Below, in pieces: positions 37,042 through 44,705 of a stretch of 64,000 nt of DNA; position 1 is the stretch's first letter; each line of letters starts with the position of its first letter. The stretch is from Lentimicrobium sp. (lineage in GTDB: Bacteria; Bacteroidota; Bacteroidia; Bacteroidales; Lentimicrobiaceae). Made by a program: the position numbers and the translations under genes. Location: contig DATGXS010000046.1 in the NCBI GenBank assembly GCA_035298745.1, positions 4,317 through 68,316 of the forward strand, in the 5' to 3' direction. The notes below the pieces were generated by a model, which made no database searches, was not told where the DNA came from, and was given only the letters and a program-made list of their open reading frames with translations.

Positions 37042-40000
37042 ATGAGAAAAGAAGACCATTTCATTAGCAAGACAGTCAGGCACCTTATGCTTGTTGTTTC
37101 GTTTCTGATGATCAGCTCAGTAGCTTTGGCACAGGTAACTACAGCCGGTATGAACGGCCGAATTACTGCCAGCAGTGGTGACAACCTTCCGGGTGCCACC
37201 ATTATTGCTGTTCACACTCCTTCAGGAACACAGTATGGTACAACCACCGATATGGAGGGATTCTATCGTATCCCTAACATGAGAGTGGGAGGTCCATATA
37301 CTATTACCGTTAGTTATATTGGCTACAAAACAGTTACTTACACCAATGTAACCCTTAGCCTCGGCCAGACTTTTAAGTATAGCACTGTTTTAACAGAAGA
37401 AACTTCAACCCTTACAGGTGTAGAAGTTGTAGCTAAAAAGAATGAGCTGATGGACGGTAATAAAACCGGTGCATCAACCAATGTTAATAGTGCAACCATC
37501 ACCACACTGCCTACAATCAGTCGTGGTATAACCGATTACACAAAGCTTAGCCCGCAGTCAAACGGTAACAGCTTTGCCGGCCGTGATGGCAGGTACAATA
37601 ACATCACCATTGATGGCGCCAACTTCAACAACAACTTTGGTCTTAGCAGCAAAGCCCTTCCGGGTGGTGATGCACAGCCTATCAGTCTCGATGCTATTGA
37701 AGAAATTAGTATTAACGTTGCTCCATATGATATCAGACAATCAAATTTTACCGGTGCTAACGTAAATGCTGTTACCAAATCAGGTACAAACACCTGGCAT
37801 GGAACGGCTTATACATATTACAGGGATAAGTCATTCAACGGCTCAAAAGTTGAAGATAAAGAACTCACCCTCACTGACCAGACTAACTTGTCATATGGTG
37901 CTACTTTAGGTGGACCAATCATTAAAAATAAATTATTCTTCTTTGGTAACTTCGAAAAAGAAAAATCAGAATTCCCGGGTATTCCCTGGAGAGCCAGTGA
38001 TCCTGAAAACGGTGTAGACGCTGATCCGGCAAATTATATCTCAAGAACAACTCTTGCTGATATGAGTGCCATGTCAGAGTATCTTAAAACTACTTATGGA
38101 TATGACCCGGGTGCATATCAAAACTTTGGTAACTTCTTTACTGAGAATTACAAAATTTTAGGTAAAGTTGACTGGAACATCACCAAGAACCATAAATTTT
38201 CTGTAAGGTATAACTACGTAAAATCAACCAACGATCAGCAGGTTAACGCTACCAGCGCCCCTGGTACAAGATCAACCTTTGGCAGGATTGGTGAAAAATC
38301 TATGTCGTTCAATAATGCAAACTATGGTTTCCTTAACACTGTAGGTTCAATAACTGCTGAGTTAAACAGTATCTTCAATAAATCATCAAACAAGTTGCTG
38401 TTTACCTACACAAAAATCCAGGATACCAGAAGCTCAAACAGTGATATTTTCCCGTTTGTTGATATTTACAAAGACGGTGATCCATATATGTCATTCGGTT
38501 ATGAACTCTTCTCACTTGACAACGATGTTGTTAATAACGTAATGACATTTACTGATAACTTCAACTACTACCTGGGAAGACATACCTTTACCGCTGGAGC
38601 ATCATTTGATAAATTGTACTTCGGCAACAGCTATAAAAGGTATGGCACAAGTTATTACAGATACGCTTCAATGGAAGATTTCTATAACAACGCTGCTCCT
38701 ACTACTTTTGGTTTAACTTATCCTTATCCGGGAAATGATGGTTATGCAGAACTTGATTTTGGTTATGCTGCACTATATGCTCAGGACGAATACCAGGTTA
38801 ACGATGCTTTGAAAATTACAGGTGGAGTAAGATTAGAAATGCCGATTTACTTCAACAACCTGCTTCCAAATACAGCAATCAATGACCTTAAATTCCTGAA
38901 TCTTGATAACGATTCAATCAATATTGACGCAAGTCAGTGGCCTGATCCAAAAATTACAATATCACCACGTATCAGTTTTAACTGGGATCCTAAAGGCGAC
39001 AAGTCTTTACAGGTTCGCGGAGGAACAGGCGTATTCACCGGAAGACTGCCATTTGTATGGTTCACAAACCAGCCAACCAACTCGGGTACATTACAGAACA
39101 CTGTTGAAATCACAAAAGCAGCTGATTTAGAGAATTTAACCTTCAACGCTGATCCATTTTACCATCTTAGCAATACTGACCTGTTCCCAAGTGCTCCTAC
39201 AAAAGCCCCTGGATCAATAGCTGTTGTTGACAAGGATTTTGTAATGCCTCAGGTTTGGAGAAGCAATCTTGCTGTTGACATTAAACTGCCATATGGCATT
39301 ATCGGAACATTTGAAGGTATCTATTCAAAAGCCATTAATGATGTAATCCAGTACAATGCTAACCAAAAAGCTGCTACTTTAAAATTTGCCGGTGCTGATC
39401 AACGCGACAGGTGGGAATACCTCACTGACGATAAGAGATACGATAACCGCATAAATTCAAAGATTTCAAATGCAATGGTACTCACCAACAGCAGCGAAGG
39501 TTATTCATACTCACTTACTGCTCAGTTATCAAAAGAATTTGAAAAAGGATTCTATGGTATGATTGCTTATACATATTCTGGCACCAAGGACCTTACCTCA
39601 AACCCAGGTTCAGCTGCAGCCTCTGCATGGGCAAGCAACCCAACTTTTACAAATCAGAATGCTTCAACATTAAGCTATTCACAGTTTAGCGTTCCTTCAC
39701 GCCTTGTAGGTGTGGCTTCATACCAGATTGAGTATGTTAACCATCTGAAAACCACTTTCTCTGTAATGTTCCAGGGAAACAGCATGGGCCGCTTAGACTA
39801 TATCTATTCTAATGATATGAATGGTGACGGTAATGCAGCTGATCTTATGTACATTCCGAAAGATGCCAGCGAAATAACATTTGCTGATATAACCAAAAAA
39901 GATGCTGAAGGAAATACTATAGTACTTGCAACAGCTGATGAACAAGCTACAGCTTTCTGGAATTATGTTGCTCAGGATGATTATTTATCAAACCACAAGG

Positions 40001-40371
40001 GTGAATATGCTGAGCGTTATGGCGTTGTAATGCCATGGCTTAACCGTTTTGATGTTAAGATCCTTCAGGATGTTTTCACTAATATCGGCAAACAAAGGCA
40101 CACTCTTCAGATCAGCTTAGACTTGCTGAATGTTGGCAACCTAATCAACTCAAGCTGGGGAATTTACCAGAAACAGTCGCTTGGATCATATGACATCACC
40201 CTGCTGAAATTCAACAAAGTTGACGCAGAAGGAAATGCTACATTCCAGATGAATTCAATTGGAACTGACAAGACTTCAGGAAAACCAATTTTCCCAACTT
40301 CAACTTATACTCCGGTACTTTCAACATCAAGTACATGGGGTGCTCAAATTGGAATCAGGTATATTTTCTAG
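37042..40371 (+). CDS. Oar-like TonB-dependent receptor with carboxypeptidase-regulatory-like N-domain; no SusD partner
   Basis: LPGATI.AVH.PSGT.Y, NNITIDGA..NNNFGL, QPISLDAI, GGPIIKNKLFFF, C-terminal QIGIRYIF. Confidence 0.92.
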   Translation: MRKEDHFISKTVRHLMLVVSFLMISSVALAQVTTAGMNGRITASSGDNLPGATIIAVHTPSGTQYGTTTDMEGFYRIPNMRVGGPYTITVSYIGYKTVTYTNVTLSLGQTFKYSTVLTEETSTLTGVEVVAKKNELMDGNKTGASTNVNSATITTLPTISRGITDYTKLSPQSNGNSFAGRDGRYNNITIDGANFNNNFGLSSKALPGGDAQPISLDAIEEISINVAPYDIRQSNFTGANVNAVTKSGTNTWHGTAYTYYRDKSFNGSKVEDKELTLTDQTNLSYGATLGGPIIKNKLFFFGNFEKEKSEFPGIPWRASDPENGVDADPANYISRTTLADMSAMSEYLKTTYGYDPGAYQNFGNFFTENYKILGKVDWNITKNHKFSVRYNYVKSTNDQQVNATSAPGTRSTFGRIGEKSMSFNNANYGFLNTVGSITAELNSIFNKSSNKLLFTYTKIQDTRSSNSDIFPFVDIYKDGDPYMSFGYELFSLDNDVVNNVMTFTDNFNYYLGRHTFTAGASFDKLYFGNSYKRYGTSYYRYASMEDFYNNAAPTTFGLTYPYPGNDGYAELDFGYAALYAQDEYQVNDALKITGGVRLEMPIYFNNLLPNTAINDLKFLNLDNDSINIDASQWPDPKITISPRISFNWDPKGDKSLQVRGGTGVFTGRLPFVWFTNQPTNSGTLQNTVEITKAADLENLTFNADPFYHLSNTDLFPSAPTKAPGSIAVVDKDFVMPQVWRSNLAVDIKLPYGIIGTFEGIYSKAINDVIQYNANQKAATLKFAGADQRDRWEYLTDDKRYDNRINSKISNAMVLTNSSEGYSYSLTAQLSKEFEKGFYGMIAYTYSGTKDLTSNPGSAAASAWASNPTFTNQNASTLSYSQFSVPSRLVGVASYQIEYVNHLKTTFSVMFQGNSMGRLDYIYSNDMNGDGNAADLMYIPKDASEITFADITKKDAEGNTIVLATADEQATAFWNYVAQDDYLSNHKGEYAERYGVVMPWLNRFDVKILQDVFTNIGKQRHTLQISLDLLNVGNLINSSWGIYQKQSLGSYDITLLKFNKVDAEGNATFQMNSIGTDKTSGKPIFPTSTYTPVLSTSSTWGAQIGIRYIF

Positions 40372-40425
40372 TTGCTAGTTGCTAGTGACTAGTGACTAGT
40401 GACTAGTGACTAGTTAGTGATTAGT
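40368..40425. repeat. 7-bp tandem repeat (CTAGTGA/CTAGTTG), about 8 copies
   Basis: CTAGTTG x2, CTAGTGA x4, then degenerate units. The first unit contains the receptor's TAG stop. Confidence 0.9.
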
Positions 40426-40431
40426 CGAAAT

Positions 40432-40470
40432 AAAAAGCAGGCTGTCTGAAAAAGATAGCCTGCTTTTTTT
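40432..40470 (+). terminator. Intrinsic terminator after the Oar-like receptor
   Basis: AAAAAGCAGGCTGTCT / AGATAGCCTGCTTTTT 16-bp stem (one G-U pair), GAAAA loop, T-run. Confidence 0.88.
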
Positions 40471-40499
40471 GTACAAAGTCTTAGATTTGTTTTACTCTA

Positions 40500-40600
40500 C
40501 TTAGTATCCAATAACCATCCACTCACTAGCCACTCTGTTAAAATAATAGTGTGGATACAGAGTGGCTAGTAAGTGGGTACTGAGTGGTTACTGTGTGGGA
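40500..40600. repeat. Inverted pair of 11-bp tandem arrays forming a long hairpin
   Basis: Right block: TGTGGATACAG AGTGGCTAGTA AGTGGGTACTG AGTGGTTACTG TGTGGGA. The left block is the reverse orientation. 40519-40538 pairs with 40557-40576 at 19/20. Confidence 0.75.
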
Positions 40601-40665
40601 CAAATTGAATCTGAGCCCCTAAGCCGGATAAAGGTACTTTTGACAATTAGGTAGTTAATTATTCT

Positions 40666-41085
40666 TTAGACCGATGGTTGTTCGGATGGAAATTTAGTTA
40701 TATCCATGTAGAATATTTCCCAGGTGTGTCCGTCAAAATCTTCTATTGTGCGCTGTTGCATAAAGCCATAATCCTTCATTTCTGCAGGTTCAACTCCGCC
40801 TGCTTTAAGACCTTTCTCCATTATTCTATTTATCTCATCAACACTTTCAACAGATAAAGAGAAGAGTCCTGCTAACTTTGATTTGGTATCAGCAATTGGC
40901 TTTGTTGCAAATTGTGCAAATTTTTCATGGGTTAGAAGCATTACAAAAATACTTTCACTCCAAACCATACACTTACCTGTCTCATCTGAGAATTGTGGAT
41001 TGTTGGTAAAACCCATTGCTGAATAAAAGTCCACTGATTTTTGGAGGTCAGTTACTGCCAGATTTATAAAAACTTGTTTTGTCAT
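40666..41085 (-). CDS. VOC/glyoxalase family protein
   Basis: VFINLAVTDLQKSVDFY, FSDE...M, DYGFM..R..ED.DGH.WE motifs. Confidence 0.9.
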   Translation of the reverse strand: MTKQVFINLAVTDLQKSVDFYSAMGFTNNPQFSDETGKCMVWSESIFVMLLTHEKFAQFATKPIADTKSKLAGLFSLSVESVDEINRIMEKGLKAGGVEPAEMKDYGFMQQRTIEDFDGHTWEIFYMDITKFPSEQPSV

Positions 41086-41259
41086 TATTAAGAATGTTAG
41101 CTGTTAATTTAAAACCAATTAATGCTAACAAGTTCTTTAGGCTTTTTGTTGTGGAGTGTTATAACTTATGTAACAGTCATTGTACTTGAAGTCTCTTAAC
41201 TATCCACTGGCATTTAACATGGTTTATTTTAACTTCGCAAAATAAATGTTGATTCAGTC

Positions 41260-42048
41260 ATGAAAGGAGAAAACACCAGAACCTATGCACTAATTACCGG
41301 GGCTTCGGGCGGTATTGGGTTTGAGTTAAGCAAGGTTATGGCATCAAATAATCATAATCTTATCCTTGTTGCACGTTCAGTAGAAAAACTGGATGCCCTG
41401 AGAAAAGAATTAACCGATGTTTTTAATGTTGATGTGATATGCTTTTCGGCTGATCTGGCAAAGGAAGATGAACGAATAAAATTAATAGGTACTATCAGGG
41501 AGCAACAATTGCACATTAATGTTCTTGTAAACAATGCCGGATTTGGCGACGCCGGCTATTTTGCCGAAGCAGACTGGGAAAAGAATGAGCGAATGATACA
41601 GCTTAATATTACAGCGTTAACACATTTAACCAGGGAGTTTTTACCTGATCTGATCAACTCAGGCAGAGGCAGGATATTAAATGTTGCTTCTGTTGCCGGA
41701 TACATGCCTGGTCCGCTTATGGCAGTATATTACGCTTCAAAGTCATTTGTAGTTTCATTCTCATATGCGTTGCACCATGAGTTGAAAAACACAAGTGTAA
41801 CAGTGACCACATTAAGTCCGGGACCGGTAGAAACCAATTTTTTTAAAGCAGCAGGCGCACAAGATGCAGCAGTCAATAAAATAATGAAGCCTTCAACTGC
41901 TTTGAGTGTTGCGAAGTTTGGATATAAGCGAATGATGAAAGGAAGGAAGAGGGCTATTCAGGGATGGAAATACAATTTGATGCTATTGGGTGTGCGACTA
42001 GTCCCTTCAGAGATCACAAGTGCCATTTTAGGAAGGTTACATAAGTGA
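41260..42048 (+). CDS. SDR family oxidoreductase
   Basis: TGASGGIG, NNAGFG, YYASK catalytic motif, PGPVET. Confidence 0.93.
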   Translation: MKGENTRTYALITGASGGIGFELSKVMASNNHNLILVARSVEKLDALRKELTDVFNVDVICFSADLAKEDERIKLIGTIREQQLHINVLVNNAGFGDAGYFAEADWEKNERMIQLNITALTHLTREFLPDLINSGRGRILNVASVAGYMPGPLMAVYYASKSFVVSFSYALHHELKNTSVTVTTLSPGPVETNFFKAAGAQDAAVNKIMKPSTALSVAKFGYKRMMKGRKRAIQGWKYNLMLLGVRLVPSEITSAILGRLHK

Positions 42049-42109
42049 TGTTTAGCAATAAATATTGAGGCTATTTTGTTATATCTTCGCCAATATATTA
42101 TTGATAGGA

Positions 42110-43387
42110 ATGAAAATCAGGACACTTATATTACTGTCTGCAGGAATAAGTCTTGCACTTATTTCATGCCTCAGTAATCCTGATGAAATCCAAAAAAAAT
42201 CTGTTATACCACCCATTATAAGCAATCGATCACAGGTTAAAACTCCACAGTTACATACGCTTCAAAAGAATCAAGAGAATAAGAAAGAAAGGAACCTACG
42301 GTTTTTTGCTGCAACCGGTTATCAAACATCAGTCTCATCAGTACCAGATACTGGATCAGCACAGGGAAACAGGGTAGATGCCATTTCAGTTGCCCGCAAT
42401 CTAAATAATCCCAGGGTTGAGTCGTTTTCACAGCTTCAGAAAGAGGTTTACCCTATCATTGTCAGAAACCCTATGATTGAATCATACATATGGCCTTTCA
42501 GGAAACTGATTGTTAGCCTTGATAATGACCTGTTCAGTAACACCGACCGCTATTACACCAATGGCATACACATTATATTGTATAACCCTTCCCTGGCGTT
42601 CTCACGAATAAACAGCATATTGCCTGTTAACATGAATAAGAGCATTGAATTTAACAGCATTGAGTTACACCATGCTATGTATACACCCTTTTCGACCAAG
42701 CTACCGCCAGTGCTTAAGGACGACAGGCCGTATGCTTCAACGCTTTTTGTTAGGTTTAAAAGAAGGACTGATACACAATTGAAACGTTATACACAAAGTG
42801 CAAGTGTTGATATTGGTGTTATTGGCAATGCAGCTTTAGGCAGTTACCTGCAGAAAGGAGTACATGCCAGTTTGCCGACAAATGATGAGCCGCTTGGATG
42901 GGAAACACAGATTGGCAATGATATTATTGTTAATTACAATTATGAAGTAACCAAAGAGATGATTCAATCAGGTGCTTTATCAGCATCAGCCTTTGGCACA
43001 GCTTCACTTGGAACGTTGAACACATCGGCTGAAGGAGGTTTGCGAATTAGGATAAGTAACGCCTACAGCCTGATTACTATGCTTGACGAAAAGAATAGTG
43101 GCTTTGATGGGTTGCAGAAGGGAAAGTGGCATTTTTCATTTGACGCCGAAATAAGCGCCAGAACTGTAGGTTACAATGCCACCCTTAGCGGAGGTTTTCT
43201 GAACAAGAATAATTATTTCGTGTTAATGCCCGATGAAATACAAAGGTTTATTGTATTGTCAAGTGCCGGATTGAGCGCAGGTTATGGAAGGTACGGGATA
43301 TCGGTAGGACAGTATTACATTTCAAAAGAATTTAAAGAAGGGAAAAATCATTTTTGGGGACAAATAGCAATAAACATCGATCTCTGA
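42110..43387 (+). CDS. LpxR/DUF2219-family beta-barrel (lipid A deacylase-like) with N-terminal extension
   Basis: DNDLF..TDRYYTNG, MYTP, DRPYA, GWETQI and GYNATLSGG match the LpxR family. Start set at MKIRTL. Confidence 0.8.
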   Translation: MKIRTLILLSAGISLALISCLSNPDEIQKKSVIPPIISNRSQVKTPQLHTLQKNQENKKERNLRFFAATGYQTSVSSVPDTGSAQGNRVDAISVARNLNNPRVESFSQLQKEVYPIIVRNPMIESYIWPFRKLIVSLDNDLFSNTDRYYTNGIHIILYNPSLAFSRINSILPVNMNKSIEFNSIELHHAMYTPFSTKLPPVLKDDRPYASTLFVRFKRRTDTQLKRYTQSASVDIGVIGNAALGSYLQKGVHASLPTNDEPLGWETQIGNDIIVNYNYEVTKEMIQSGALSASAFGTASLGTLNTSAEGGLRIRISNAYSLITMLDEKNSGFDGLQKGKWHFSFDAEISARTVGYNATLSGGFLNKNNYFVLMPDEIQRFIVLSSAGLSAGYGRYGISVGQYYISKEFKEGKNHFWGQIAINIDL

Positions 43388-43398
43388 ATGTAAAGACA

Positions 43399-44595
43399 AT
43401 GATAGCTAACATAGCTCGCGTTACTTTGGTCATTTCTTCACTCTTTGTGTCAGCAAGAGTTAGTAATTCGCGTTTGGCTCAGGACATAAGTGCGCCATAT
43501 GACAAGCAGCTAACTATTATATTTGCGGGTGACATCATGCAGCATGGTCCGCAAATAAACGCTGCACTTGACGATTCCACTGGCATTTACAATTATGATC
43601 CTTGTTTTCAGTATGTTGAACCAATAATCAGCAGCAGGGATGTTGCAATTGCAAACCTTGAGTTAACCCTGGCAGGTAAACCTTTTACTGGATACCCGCA
43701 ATTTAGTGCGCCGGATGCTTTGGTTGCTTCTCTCAAAAATGCCGGATTTGATATCCTGGCAACAGCAAATAATCATTCATGCGACAGGGGTGATAAGGGA
43801 ATACTGCGTACCATTAAGGTAATCGACAGTATAGGACTGCAACATACCGGTACATTTGCTGATAGTGTGGATTACAGGAAGAATCACCCACTCGTATTTA
43901 CAAAGAATGATATTAAAGTAGCACTCCTTAATTACACATATGGCACTAATGGATTATCATTCAATTATCCGGCTATGGTAAATATTATTGATGAGGAAAA
44001 ATTGTTGAAAGACCTGGCATACACCAGAAGCTTACAGCCCGACTTTATAATCATCTTCTTTCATTGGGGCATTGAGTATCAGTTGGAACCAAATGAAATA
44101 CAACTGCATCTTGCCGATATTTGCCGAGAGAATGGTGCCGACGCAGTAATAGGGTCCCATCCTCATGTGCTACAACCCATTGAATATTATAAAAATCAGG
44201 ACAGCACTGCACGTAACCAGCTGGTTGTATATTCACTGGGAAATTATGTTTCAAACCAACGTGACCGATATAAGGATGGAGGAGCAATGGTTAGTTTTAC
44301 CCTTTTAAAATCCTGGAACAGGAAAACCATTACTAATCCGGAGTATCATCTTACCTGGGTTTATACACCAACAGAGAAAAATAAAAGACAATACTACATT
44401 GTACCGGTAAACTTACCATACTATGATTCAACACGCCTGCAAAATACTGCATGGTATAATATCAATGCTGATCTTGGCAGACTTAGAACCATGGATCAGA
44501 ATGATGTGTTAAAAATGACGACCTTCATTAATGACTCTCGCGGTCATTTGAATAAGAATCCACTCGCAATTCCGGAAGCTGCGTATAATTTCTAG
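43399..44595 (+). CDS. CapA-family (PgsA-like) metallophosphoesterase
   Basis: FAGDIMQH, ANLE, ANNHSCDRG, FHWGIEY, GSHPHVLQ and YSLGNYVS motifs. Start set after the LpxR-like stop. Confidence 0.9.
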   Translation: MIANIARVTLVISSLFVSARVSNSRLAQDISAPYDKQLTIIFAGDIMQHGPQINAALDDSTGIYNYDPCFQYVEPIISSRDVAIANLELTLAGKPFTGYPQFSAPDALVASLKNAGFDILATANNHSCDRGDKGILRTIKVIDSIGLQHTGTFADSVDYRKNHPLVFTKNDIKVALLNYTYGTNGLSFNYPAMVNIIDEEKLLKDLAYTRSLQPDFIIIFFHWGIEYQLEPNEIQLHLADICRENGADAVIGSHPHVLQPIEYYKNQDSTARNQLVVYSLGNYVSNQRDRYKDGGAMVSFTLLKSWNRKTITNPEYHLTWVYTPTEKNKRQYYIVPVNLPYYDSTRLQNTAWYNINADLGRLRTMDQNDVLKMTTFINDSRGHLNKNPLAIPEAAYNF

Positions 44596-44645
44596 GATTG
44601 AAGGTCTCTCACCCTCGAGCCTGCTCTCCTACTGGGCATGAAAAT

Positions 44646-44702
44646 CCTTCACCCCCCGGCCCCCTCTCTCTCGTTTGAAATGACGAGACGAGGGCGAGAA
44701 AG
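44646..44702. repeat. REP-like GC-rich palindromic element between convergent genes
   Basis: CCTTCACCCCCCGGCCCCTCTCTCTCGT...ACGAGACGAGGG..GAAAGG imperfect hairpin. A more degenerate copy lies at about 44606-44629. Confidence 0.45.
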
Positions 44703-44705
44703 GTC

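Noticed and set aside
40368-40600. CRISPR array
   Set aside because: Units are 7 and 11 bp and contiguous, with no unique spacers and no cas genes.
43399-44595. Poly-gamma-glutamate capsule locus
   Set aside because: Only a CapA-family gene; no capB/capC in the window.
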